From Octopus vulgaris (lineage: Eukaryota), in contig OX597822.1 in assembly GCA_951406725.2 (NCBI GenBank), positions 89,094,001-89,158,000 of the forward strand: a stretch of DNA of 64,000 bases, written 5' to 3'. The translations under genes and the position numbers were made by a program. Positions 39,150-51,120 of the stretch are shown in pieces. The stretch's first letter is position 1; each line of letters opens with the position of its first letter. The notes beneath the pieces were generated by a model. The model was not told the origin of the DNA. It worked only from the letters and a program-made list of their open reading frames with translations, and did not search any database.

Positions 39150-42100
39150 TCTGATGAGGTTAAGATGTGTCTCATTGCCAGGAAGGGTCTTTAGCTTTGG
39201 TTGTTGGCTCTCTTGCTGGTAGTGTCACAAAAAAAAAATACTTGTGGGAAGGGAAACCCTTACAAACCTAACACATTAATAAACTGCTGCAAAATAATGA
39301 TTCAAATAATGACATAAATAGGATTGGGACCAGAGGCGAAAGTACCTTGCTCAACAAGAGCCTCATAGTACAGAGTGGGCCCAGTCATAATTCAGCTCCT
39401 GCTAACTATGAAAAGAAGTACAGTAAACAGGTAAATGCTGTTGCCATGGAGTGCTACTATTTGAGCAACCCAGTAGATGAAAATGGAGTTCTAGTAAGGG
39501 ATTATTGACCGAGAATGTACAGTGATTGGAAAAGGAGAGGACTGTTTGAAACTACAGAGCAGAGGATTTGCAACCAGGAAAGAGCAATTTGAAAGAATGG
39601 ATAATTACATGAGGTTGAACTTGAAGCCATCAAGAGACAAACAAATGAAAGTATTAAATGTGGTACAGCAGAATGAAGTAGAAATAGTGAAGCTGGATGA
39701 TACTGTTCAAAGTAATGGATCTAAAATGGTAGCAAATGGAAATTTTGATGACATTAATGTATCTTTGATCAACATGATACAGATACTGGTTGAGTGCTGA
39801 ATGAGGATTGATCAAATAATAATTAATAGGGTGTTTGAGTTAGTAAAATTCCCAACATATAGAATGAGCATGGGATTTCAAAAATGCTGATTAGAGAAAA
39901 TTGAACCTAAAAACAATGACAGTTAACAAAATTTTGGAGTATGAGAACACACAACATAACAAAAAGCAATAGCTTTATCAAGGCAGCAAGTAGTGTTGCT
40001 GTGGAAAACTCAAAAATAAAAGTCAATGAAAGAACAAGTAATACAAGAAATACACAAAATAAATACTTGAAGGATATAAGGAGATATAACTGATGTATCA
40101 GTAATGAAAAGAAAGAGAAAAATGTAAGCTTAGGAAAGGTTATAAATATGACATACTGAAGAAAACAGTATGGTGTTGACTGGAAAGGACTGAATTTTGT
40201 AATTGAAGAACTGAAACAGCATGTTTTGGATAAAAGAGGGAAAATTACAAGACCTGATCAAAGAGTGAAGCAGTAGAAACAAAATAGATTACTCCAAAAT
40301 GAGAAGGAAATTTTATCAAGAAATAAACGGGGGATTTCACAAACAAAAGAGTTATATCAGAAGCAGAAGGAAGTCATATATTTTGGAGCAAGATATGGAG
40401 TTAGGAAGAACAGCAAAATGCTGTGGCTGAGTAGCAACAAAATCTGAAGGAGTTCTTGTCTAGTGCAGGAAGAAATTCGAATTGAAAAGAGAATGTGCAA
40501 CAAGTATGTAGGAATTATTTACAAGCAAGATGAGGACAAATATCCATCAGATGTAAATAATGTACATAATTCCTCATCTCTCAAATATAGAACTGAAGTA
40601 TGTGGGAAGATGAGTAAAGCAGCTGGACCCGATGGTGTTGAGAGGTATTGGATAAAGAAGCTGGCAGGGTGCTGTAAAAGAAAAGCAGAACAGCTTAATG
40701 CACTGATCAATGGGAATGAAGAGATTCCTCAGTGGATAACTACTGGATAAACAATACTGTGTTTGGAGGATGCTTTAAAAGGGAATCATTATCATCATCA
40801 TCGTTTAGCGTCCGCTTTCCATGCTAGCATGGGTTGGACGGTTCAACTGGGGTCTGGGAAGCCAGAAGGCTGCACCAGGCCCAGTTATCTGGCAATGTTT
40901 CTACGGCTGGATGCCCTTCCTAATGCCAACCACTCCGTGAGTGTAGTGGGTGCTTTTTATGTGCCACCGGCACAGGTGCCAGACGAATCTGGCAAACAGC
41001 AAACCATTATATGCTGTGGATAATTACAGATGCATATTATGCCTCCTGCTGATGTTGAAGCTGGTCACTGGAATGATCGCTGATGAAATGTATATACTGC
41101 TTGATGATAATGGAATTTTCCCTTTATAGTAGAAGGGTTGTAAACGGATTTACTGGGGAACTGAAGACTATAGATAAAATGGTGATGAAAGATAGTATGC
41201 AAAGGAAAACAAGTTTAGTAATTACCTGGATAGATTGCTGCAAGATTTATGACATGACACCACATGGAGTTTTTTTAATAGAAACGGTACAGTATCTCAG
41301 AAAACTAAGCTCACATCATACAGACAATGTAGGAATATCAAGAATCAAGAGGGAGGTGTTTCAAGGAGACAGAGTGTCTCCTTTAACATTGCTACAAAGA
41401 AAGTAACATCTGGATATGAGTTTAAAGAAAAACAGCAAAAGATCAATCATACTTCTGTATGATATCAAGGATGATATCAAGCTGTTTGATAAGTATGAAG
41501 CTTTAGTAACACAGTTTATTGCTTTAGCAAGGACATCAGAATGGAATTTGATCCCCCAAAATGTGGAGTAATATTCCTAATGTGAGGGAAAGTCAACAGA
41601 TTTGAAAGTAAAGAATTACCATCAGGAGAAAACATGAAGAGGCTTGATGATCCTGGGTATTTATATAAATACTTGGTCATATTGGAGATGAATAAAGTGA
41701 TGGAAAAAGAAATGAAGAAAATCTTTCTGCAAGAATATCTCCAAAGACTTGAACCAGTATTGTGGTCAAAACTGAATGGAAGAAATAAATTTCATGCAAT
41801 CAATGTGTGGGCAATTGCATAAATGAAGTATGTTGCAAGTATTATCAATTAGAGGGAAGAGGAGATTCAGAAGTTATACCAAAAATTGAGAAAACTACTT
41901 ACAATGCATGGAGCATTCCACCTGAAGAGCAATGCTGACAGGCTGTATCTAATCAGACAGAAAGGTGTATGTAGGCTAATCAGCCATGAAAGTTGTATAT
42001 GCTCTGAAGAAAATAGCTTAGTGGGATATGTGAAGAGTACCATAGAAGCCTTGCTGGTTCAGGTGAGAATATCATATCTGATATACTCAGGACAGATATT

Positions 42101-42650
42101 TGCATGGAGACAGAGATGTGCAAAGAGAAATGAGTAAGGAAGATAAAAGAAAATGGAATGGAAAAAAGGTGTATGGGTAGTTTGCAAGGGATGTGAGCAG
42201 GAATACAGAAGCCTATGGAAGGTGGCATTGGCTAAGGAAGATGTAATGAGCCAATATCATCATCATCATTTAATTTAATATCATCATCATCATCATTTAA
42301 TGTCTGCTCTCCATGCTGGCATGGGTTAGACAGTTTGACTGGAGTTGATGAGCCGGAGAGCTGCACCAGGTTCGATCATGAAATTGAACAAGAAAAGCCA
42401 AATATTAATAAAGAGGGGGAAAAACCTCTTTTTAACCATAGATATTGCATGTTCTGGTACTAACAGCGTGTTGGGAAAAGGAATGATGCAGATCAGATAT
42501 GATGGTTTGAAGTGGAAGGTAAAATGACTGTGGCCATTGAAAAAGGTGAGTGTTGTAGCTGGCGTTATGTTCGAAGCTCACAAACTGGATTGGAAAGATA
42601 ACAGCATTGCTTAGAACTGTGAGAATCCTCTGCAGAATTCTTGAAATTTG
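39150..42650 (+). mobile_element. R4/Dong-like non-LTR retrotransposon relic (intronic)
   Basis: AGPDGVERYWIKK, WID..KIYD, VFQGD, DDIKLF, YKYL, KLNGRNK..AINVWA, RKLLTMHGAFH..DRLYL; heavily decayed. Confidence 0.82.
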
Positions 42651-43818
42651 AATGAAGAGTATTATCTTAGTTGTGGACAGCTTGGCATGTTACATTACCT
42701 GGCGACGTTGCTGTGTTAAACAACAGCAGGAGTAGTAGTAGTATTTGCATGAGCATTTGTTTTTAGTATAGACATGAGGATATATATTATTGTTATTTAA
42801 GCCTTGGTCAATTCTGATCAAGCAGACCTATGATCAGAAACATTCTAGTCATGACCAGCTTGTCTTTTTCCTATGTGCAAGGAACACAAGACCAAATTAT
42901 CCAATATCTTCTTTTCTTAGACAGTAGAGCCAATAATACTTGGCTGAGGAAGAGGTTTAGCTGATATGATTGACTCTGACTTGCTTGCTTTATCAAACCC
43001 TGGGACGGTAAAAGTAAAGTGCTTCTCCAATAATGATAATGATTTGTAGCCTGGGCACATGATCACAATTTTGGTGGGAAGGGGTATAGTCAACGTTTAG
43101 CCTAGGCACATGACCACAATTTTTGAGGAATGGATATAGTCAGTTGATCAACTGCTACTTCTCCTACACCATACATAGTGTATCTGACTAGTGTATTTTA
43201 TGGATACTAGAAGGATGGTTGTAGTTTGCTAACTGTAAAAATAACAGTAATGCTTGGGCCACTTCAGTTTACTTGAAGCATTTGCAATGTGTAAATGTTA
43301 TAAATATTTTTAAGAAGACTAAAGTAATGCAGGAGAGAAATTAGGCAAAATATGTACAGTGATACCAACAAAAAAAAAAGACAAGATGTTTTATCACCCA
43401 GCATAGGTTGTTTAATGATTCTGTTATATTTTAGGAAAGATTTCCCCCTTATCAAATATAAGATAGAAAATTATCCAAGAGTGCAGAATATTATTTTCCC
43501 CTTAGTTCAATGATACAAACTTCATATTTTAAAGTGATATAAAAAGTGATTTAAAATTTCATGTTAATTTATGTTCCAATAACCAGCTTAATAATGATTA
43601 AGTTATTTTACTAAATTTGTCATTATTTTCAAAATTACTTGAAACTAAGGCAGTGTATTTCAACAGAAATATTGTAAAAAGTAAAAAAGGGTTAAGGGAC
43701 TAAAATTGACCTGTATGATTTTGGAAAAGTTCTTGTGTGTTAATTGTTATTTTCCTGATTATTGAAACTTAAAATTAAATATTTATGCTGTGTGTGTGTG
43801 TGTGTGTGTGTGTGAATA

Positions 43819-45079
43819 CAAGGGTCAGCTGAAAAGTCCATAGGCCAACCAAGGTACTCCATGGAATGTGACCAAATGAGTTTTTTTATTCAAACATAGT
43901 CCCCCTTGTAGATTACACACAGTTTTCATTGGTGTTGCAGTGATTGGATCCCATTGGTGAAGATGTTTTCATCCTGTTGGTAAAATAAGCCATTAACAGC
44001 AGATATGATATCATCATAACTGCAATACTTGTTCCCTGTCAAGTGTTTTTTCATGATAGTCAGATGGGGCCAAATCAGGAGAATGGGAAAGGTGATCAAC
44101 CAGTTCAAAGGCACAGTCATGCACAGCAGCCATTGAAATCAAGAACTCATGTGCTGGAGCATTGTCCTGATGAAACAAGACCACCTTCATCAGTTTTCCT
44201 GAGCATTTGGCCTTGATATCCTTTTGTAACTAACTGCCTCAGCAAATTGTCATAGTACTCTCTATTGATGATGTGGCTCTTTTGAAGATAGTCAATAAAC
44301 ACAATGCCTTTTGCATCCCAAAAATCTGAGGCCATCATCTTCCCTGCAGATGAAACAACCTTGGCCTTCTTTGGAACAAGTGAGAAAGGGGTTTTCCATT
44401 GCTTGGATTGTCTCTTTGTCTCTGGTTCAAAGTGATGAAGCCAACACTCATCTGGGTTAGGAAATATTCAAGGAAACCAGCTAGATCTATCTCAAACAAT
44501 ATCAGATTTTTCCATGATGTGATAAGCTTGGTGTGTTTTTGATCAGGTGTCAGGAGACATGGCACACACTGAGCAGAAACCATCATGCCAAATTCATTGT
44601 ACAGAATATTCTCAGCTATTTCGTGGGATATGCTAATAGCATTGGCTATTTGATTTATAGCCAGTTACCTGTCATTCATCACTAAATGGTGAATACAACC
44701 AATGATTTCTTCGGTGATGGCAGTTGCATGATGTCCAGACCTTAAATCGTCTTCAAGACTTTTCTTTCCTCTCCTAAGCTCAGCTTCCCACTTTTGCACT
44801 GTTGATGAAGCTGAAGTGTCATCCTCTAATGTAGCAACCATGTCAGCATGAATGTCCTGAGAGTACTTGATAACACAATGATGCCAAATTTTGTCCATTT
44901 TCAAGAGAACTCACTACTAATTACTTTTGAAGTTTTCTTTGAACAGTCAGATGTCAGTTTATCTGGAGAAGAAACAATGCATTTATTAATAAGAAGTGTT
45001 GAAATTAATGCAGGCAAAGTTTCACAGCTCTAGCAGCACTCTTTCATAGTCAGCCGATGAACTTTTCAGCCCACTTTTA
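43819..45079 (-). mobile_element. Mariner transposon, full span, degenerate
   Basis: TIRs caagggtcagctgaaaagt / acttttcagcccactttta with TA on both sides, ~1.26 kb. MASDFWDAKGIVFIDYL, STVQKW, SLEDDLRSG. An orphan TIR of the same family lies at 49541-49601. Confidence 0.9.
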
Positions 45080-45193
45080 TAGATACATAATATGTATGTA
45101 TACATGTGTGTGTATATGTATGTATGTGTGTGTGTGTATATATATATGTATGTAAATGTATGTGTATATATATTGTTTTTCTTTCTCATTTAG

Positions 45194-45327
45194 GCTCCCC
45201 TGCACAATTAAACAGGGAACAGCGCATGCTTTTTGATGAAACAAGACACAAATTGAATGACATCATTTATGAGAAGCGTCACATGATCAAGTGTCTGGTG
45301 GATGGTGTTTTCCCATTTGAAGATTGA
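45194..45327 (+). CDS. PIN-domain gene last coding exon
   Basis: catttag acceptor, phase 1. (S)SPAQLNREQRMLFDETRHKLNDIIYEKRHMIKCLVDGVFPFED*. Spliced CDS is 1875 nt = 624 aa. Confidence 0.83.
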
Positions 45328-46013
45328 CAATATTTGGTCATCAATGACTAGTCCACTTGTTTTTTAACTTTAATAGGGTTCGGTTTTTCTTGGGGTGAGT
45401 TGAAGGCTCATAAAGATAATGCTCTGTTGTCATCATCTTCATTGTTGTTAACTAAATATTTATGTTCTGTGTTTGTGTGTGTGTGTGTATGTATGTATTA
45501 TGAAACCAACTTCAAAAATGAACACATATCCAACAACCCCTTCATAAAATTAAGTAAAACAAAACCAAATACCAACAGAACGGAACAACCACCAAGAAAT
45601 CCAAACACACCCTACACCAGAAAAATACATTTAAAACGCACTCCACACTACCTTCACCAACCCCAAAACACTTACAGGGGCCCACCACACCATTTCAAGA
45701 ACCAAAGGGCTACAACATACAATTCTATGAAATACAATCCACATAACCAAACTAAGACTCCACCACCAAACATCTACCCTAGGAACCAACCATACAAACC
45801 TAACAAACAACAAATACACTACGGAAGAAACAACTACCAACACAATATACCTGATAAACTAAGACGGAACACGAGGTACAAAAACACACTACAAAACAGA
45901 GCCCCACAAACTCACTCTGAAAATTATAACAACAGGAGACAGATAAACAGTATTTTTCAACATAACTACACCAACCATTTTTTAGACCTAACACACAGGA
46001 ACAGGGACACACG

Positions 46014-48356
46014 ATGGCAAAGGACAAACAAAGGAAACCACAGGTAATTAAAATAATCAATCTCTCGAATAAAGAACTTACACCTAACGAATTAAGCATA
46101 CTCTCCAAAGGACTTAAATTTACACCAACCCCACAACGTTCTAATTACTATGAAATGAAAGATGATATTTTGGAATTTTGTAGGAAACTAAGACTTACCG
46201 AGGAATTTCATGGCAAACAAATAGATGATGAATCAATAGCTAGAAACAACAGCAATTACACCCCTACCAAGGGAAAGAATAAAGTCTTAGACCGCTATTG
46301 TGACTACATAACTAATTTCCCTTTTCAATTCACCAAGAAACAAAAACACAGCCAAAACTTTAACAAAAGAGAATGGAACGACCTCATCAAACTAAGAGAA
46401 GACAAAACAATAACAATTAAGGAGGCAGATAAGGGCAACGCGGTAGTATTAATGAATACAAACGATTATAAAAATTTAGTGCTATCCCTATTAAGAGATG
46501 AAACGTATTATGAAAGGGTCCAACAGTATAATCAGCCAAAAATAATGTATAACCTCAGGACATTAATCAACACATACCGAGAAGGACTCATGGACAAGGA
46601 GTACGAATACATCACTAACTTTAAGTGCAAATCAAGTTTGTTCTACGATATCCCTAAAGTCCACAAAAGCCAAATAATTAGTGAAACATGCAAAACATCT
46701 ACCGATATACTCATCAAAATCCCTTCACCAAATGATCTTAAACTTAGACCGATAATAGCAGGCCCAGCATGTGAAACTCACTGCCTCAGCAATTTCTTAG
46801 ACACACTTCTTAAACCTTTCCTAAAGCACATCAAAAACTACGTAAGAGACGATATAGACATGCTTAACCACCTCCCAAAAACAGTCAATGAGAAAACCCT
46901 TCTAGTATCCTTCGACGTAATTAACCTTTATTCAAACATCCCTCACACCCTAGGAATAGAAGCGATCACTTTCTGGCTAAATAACTACTCCTTTGAACTC
47001 CCAACTCGCATAAAGAAAGAACTTATAATAGAAGGACTTAGATTTATTTTTGAAAACAATTACTTTATTTTTGACAATAATTTCTACAGACAAAGATCGG
47101 GAACAGCGATGGGCACGCGTACTGCGCCTTCTTTTGCCAACTTAGTGATGGGATACCTCGAGAAAATACTCTACCAGATAACACTCGAGAAATATGGAAA
47201 CACCTTCTCCACCTATATCCAGAACAACTGGAAAAGATACCTCGACGACTGCTTTATCCTCTGGGATAAAAGTATAGAGAAACTTGAGGAATTTAAAATA
47301 CTATTAAATGGTATAAATGATAATATACAGTTCACGATGGATCATAACGAAGAAGAATTACCATTTTTAGACATCCTCATTAAGAAAGTCGGCAACAAAA
47401 TAGAGACAGATATCTATTATAAACCGACAGACTCCAAGCAGTACCTACCCTTTGATTCATGCCACCCAAGACACACTAGAATAAATGTCCCTTTTTGTTT
47501 AGCTAGAAGGATTTGCACCATAATATCAGACACAAACACCCGACACATACGTCTCCAGGAACTTAGAACTATACTCATAAATAGAAATTATCCACTGCCC
47601 CTAATAGACAGTGCAATCCAACGGGCACTTAAATTAAGTATAGAAGACCTGAGACAAACAAAACCAAAAAAGAAAGAAAAATTAAAAACCCTTCCCTACA
47701 TCTCTACACACAACCCACTTAACAATGAGGCCTTCAGCACCGTACTACAAAGCACAGCCCTACTAAAGGGAGACCCAAAGATGAACCGGATCCTCGAAAC
47801 ACACACCATCATTAAAAGTAAATGGCAACCAAAATCCTTGAAAAGGATTTTAACCCAAGCTAAACTGCACTCAACATCAACCACAAAATCAGCAGTTAGA
47901 AAATGTGGAAAGCCCAACTGCGGGATCTGTGTCATCTTGGTAGAAGGTTCAGAATTTATACTAGAACAAGGCCATCAGTTCACCATTAGAACAAACTTCA
48001 CCTGTGCATCAGAAAACTTAATTTACGTCTTAACATGCGCAGGTTGCAGTAGGCAGTATATAGGCCATACAAAAAATAGCTTATGTAAAAGGATGGCGGT
48101 GCATAAATCCCAAATTAGAAACCCTGAATACCGGAAAATACCAGTCAGCGGACACATAGATAGATGTGCTTCAAATGAAAAACGGAAATTTACAACTTAC
48201 CCACTTTACAAATTCAGTGACAGCATAACCTTCACCCAATGCCAAAATAAAGAACTTTATTTCATCAAAAAATTTAGACCAAGTTTGAACACCCTGGGCC
48301 AACAAAACATTGGTCTTCCAAAAAGGAAAAATGAAATTCTACCACAACCACCATGA
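46014..48356 (+). CDS. Penelope-like RT + GIY-YIG endonuclease, 780 aa, uninterrupted
   Basis: LSKGLKFTP, IKEADKG, LRPIIAG, SFDVINLY, GTAMG, RYLDD, LPFLD, YYKPT, CxxxxCxxC linker, LIYVLTC..C..QYIGHT. Confidence 0.95.
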   Translation: MAKDKQRKPQVIKIINLSNKELTPNELSILSKGLKFTPTPQRSNYYEMKDDILEFCRKLRLTEEFHGKQIDDESIARNNSNYTPTKGKNKVLDRYCDYITNFPFQFTKKQKHSQNFNKREWNDLIKLREDKTITIKEADKGNAVVLMNTNDYKNLVLSLLRDETYYERVQQYNQPKIMYNLRTLINTYREGLMDKEYEYITNFKCKSSLFYDIPKVHKSQIISETCKTSTDILIKIPSPNDLKLRPIIAGPACETHCLSNFLDTLLKPFLKHIKNYVRDDIDMLNHLPKTVNEKTLLVSFDVINLYSNIPHTLGIEAITFWLNNYSFELPTRIKKELIIEGLRFIFENNYFIFDNNFYRQRSGTAMGTRTAPSFANLVMGYLEKILYQITLEKYGNTFSTYIQNNWKRYLDDCFILWDKSIEKLEEFKILLNGINDNIQFTMDHNEEELPFLDILIKKVGNKIETDIYYKPTDSKQYLPFDSCHPRHTRINVPFCLARRICTIISDTNTRHIRLQELRTILINRNYPLPLIDSAIQRALKLSIEDLRQTKPKKKEKLKTLPYISTHNPLNNEAFSTVLQSTALLKGDPKMNRILETHTIIKSKWQPKSLKRILTQAKLHSTSTTKSAVRKCGKPNCGICVILVEGSEFILEQGHQFTIRTNFTCASENLIYVLTCAGCSRQYIGHTKNSLCKRMAVHKSQIRNPEYRKIPVSGHIDRCASNEKRKFTTYPLYKFSDSITFTQCQNKELYFIKKFRPSLNTLGQQNIGLPKRKNEILPQPP

Positions 48357-49219
48357 CCACTACGACTGCTTCCACTATCACTACTACTACAACCACCATG
48401 GTCACTACTATTGCTGCTACAATCAACAGTCCTCTACTGCTGCTACGGCCACAGTGTGAGAATTAAAATAGTAAAAAAAGGGTGGAGGTGGGGGGAATTA
48501 CAGTTTCTCAGATCTGTAAACAGTCGCTTCCGCTTGCAGTGGTATGTTTTAGGGAAAGATGAATTTATAAAAAATTTTTTTCTGCGAGCAAATCTGATTT
48601 TGATTCGTTAAAAAATTGATGACGTTTTTCTTCCATGGTCAAGCTTGTTGTTCTGCTTGGTTGGTTTCCTTGCAGGATACAGTTATAGATCATTCCGGTT
48701 TGTTGGTTCTCTTAAAGGGTCTTTTCCTTGTATTCGTTGAAGTTTGGTTTTGATTGGTTTGGAATTATGTGACATCAGTGAACAGTGCCAATGAACAGTG
48801 TCACTACTATTGCTGCCAAGATCAACAGTCCTCTACTGCTGCTGCTGCTACGGCCACAGCTTAACTGCTACAACCCCAACCACCACCACCAAGGTTGCCA
48901 AAATTACGACCAACAGTAACTGCTGCTACTGCCATCTGCTGCTAGGACAGCCACAACCAATAAGCTACTGCGACCCCAACCACCACCACGGTTATTACTA
49001 CTACGACCAACAATCACTACTGCTACTACCATTCCATTGTAACACAAGGAAACAAAAGAAAGGTTCCTTTTGATGCCAGCAAGAAACAATAATGAACTTC
49101 TTCACTACACTCAACTGTAATATAGCGATTATACCAACTACCGACAAAACACCACCACATGGATTCTATTGAGACCAGTAAGAAACGATTATGAACTTTT
49201 CTATTGCACTTTTTATAAT

Positions 49220-49264
49220 ATTTTTGATAAAGTTCGTTTTTTCAAGAACCGAAACATGTAAAAT
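49220..49264 (+). ncRNA. Minimal hammerhead, U3-A8 core variant
   Basis: attt-TTGATAA-agttc...gaacc-GAAAC-at-GTA-aaat. Confidence 0.65.
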
Positions 49265-49429
49265 TCATAAGAAAATTAAAATTTATCTAATATAGTGGCG
49301 TTTTCAAACTTCTTTTTTACAAATATATATATATATATATATATTGAAATTTATAGAAAGCAAAAAATGAAGACAGGTGTATGAGCAACAAGCAAGTGTA
49401 TTAGTTTGATGCTCAGAAAAATTAAAAGT

Positions 49430-49465
49430 CTTTTGCATTTTGAGCCTATGCTCTTCAACAGAAAG
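49430..49465 (-). ncRNA. Decayed minimal hammerhead (same layout as 19747)
   Basis: Minus strand: cttt-CTGTTGA-a-gagc-atag-gctc-AAAATGCA-aaag; the GAAACG segment is mutated. Confidence 0.45.
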
Positions 49466-50389
49466 GAATAAGAGAAAATAAACAGAGACCGCATAAAAAA
49501 GAATGAAAAAATAAACAGAGATATATACACACACACACGCACAAGAGTCAGCTGAAAAGTTCATAAGTTGACCTAGATACTCTCATGAAATGTGACCAAA
49601 TTGTTGATATTGTTCTTGTTATTGTATCTGTGTTGATTTTGTTTTCCTTGCTGGTATAGGTTATACAAGACTTATTGTGGCAGTATTCTACAGCAGGATG
49701 CACTTTCTCTTAGACTTTACTGCAATTTTTTTTATTTTCAAATAAAGTGCTTTCACTTGTTTGCCACTGTTTGAAGCTGCCAAGTTCCAGAACATATGTT
49801 TTAGTGAAGACATCTGCACTACTTAATTGGTGTTATGCAAAGGAATAAATACTAATGTCCACACAAATGTGCACACACGTGAAGAGACACACACACACTC
49901 ATATATACATGTATACATACATAATTCATGCATACATATATGCACGCATACTTTCATGCATCATACAGACATACATGCATACATTCATATTTATATATAA
50001 ATACCATACATACATGCATACATGTGTATATACATCAAAGATTCATGGGGGGTGTACTTTCATACAATTTCCGTTTGTTCATTTCACTTACACGGCATTG
50101 GTCATTGTGAGCCTGTGTTAGAAACCCTTGCTCAAGGCAACACACAGTAACATGAAACCTAAAACTATGAGCTTACAAAGGAAATTTGTGTGTGTGTGAG
50201 TTGGGGTGTGGACTTGCATTTAGACTTATGAAAGAATATAAAAGTGTGGAAGAATTTGTGCTTACACGTAGTGAAGGCTTTGCTGTGTTTATTAAGCAAT
50301 TGTGGTGAGTTATGGGTTAAAATGGTAATGCTAGCATTGACATTGATACTAAAAATGACAGCAGTAATAACAGCAATATCACAATCGAT

Positions 50390-51120
50390 TCACCTAGTTC
50401 TACCTTAGACACTACAAGCACTACTTCATCTCTCTCTCCAATTAAACATCATAGAACTAATTAACTGTAACTGCAGATCTGGGACAGACTGCCTGCTGCA
50501 AGCCCAATGAAGAAGATTCAGCGTCATATACCAATGCACTGTTCACAACATAGTAAATTACTCCAATAGCTACTACATTGGATCTACTACAAAATTTAAA
50601 CAAAGATATTGTGCACATTTAAACTTGTTTAACCCTTTAGTGTTTAAACCGGCTATATCTGGCCCGAATATTCTACTCATTTTATGCTCAAACTGGCCAG
50701 AACCAGCATCTCACACCTACCCTGCAATGTCATTCTAAAAATAAACAATTACATCTTTCAAATCTTGAAGCTACAAGATGATATCAAATAATTTTTTTTA
50801 AATGTAAATGAATAAGGATTACTTCTGACATATTAATTTGAACGCTAAAGGGTTAAATATAAAAATAATAGCAATTCCACATCACTAGCCAACCATGTAC
50901 ACTAGCTAATTAATAGAAAAATACAATATAAACTTTCCTGGGCTATAATAGACTCGGGTATCCTGTATTAGAGCCAACACTCCATTTCTAGACTCTGCTT
51001 AAAAGAAGCCCTCAAAATTTTAACCCATATCTCACTACAATTGCTTAATAAACACAATGAAGCCTTCATTACATCTAAGCACAAATTCTTCTGCACTTTT
51101 AAATTCTTTTATAAATCTAA
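50390..51120 (+). pseudogene. Penelope-like (Naiad-type) GIY-YIG domain relic
   Basis: NCNCRSGTDCLLQAQ*RRFSVIYQCTV...YYIGSTTKFKQRY..H; continues after the MITE as STSLANHV..LSWAII. Related relic at 52280-52770 (CPLQTHC..IIYKC..YYIGST..CKLCLKD..LLNK). Confidence 0.8.
50633..50852. mobile_element. piggyBac-type MITE
   Basis: TTAA TSDs at 50629-50632 and 50853-50856; TIRs ccctttagtgtttaaa / tttgaacgctaaaggg. Confidence 0.9.

Larger units (their letters stand above)
45497..49310 (+). mobile_element. Penelope-like retroelement (probably Neptune-type); boundaries approximate
   Basis: Starts after a (GT)n tract, contains the RT-GIY-YIG ORF, a (CTA/CTG)n-rich 3' region and a hammerhead, and ends at (TA)n. 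Confidence 0.8.

Noticed and set aside
45400-46047. 215-aa Asn/Thr/Pro-rich ORF upstream of the Penelope ORF
   Set aside because: A/C-biased sequence crossing the (GT)n junction with no recognisable domain. It may be a frameshifted N-terminal part of the element.
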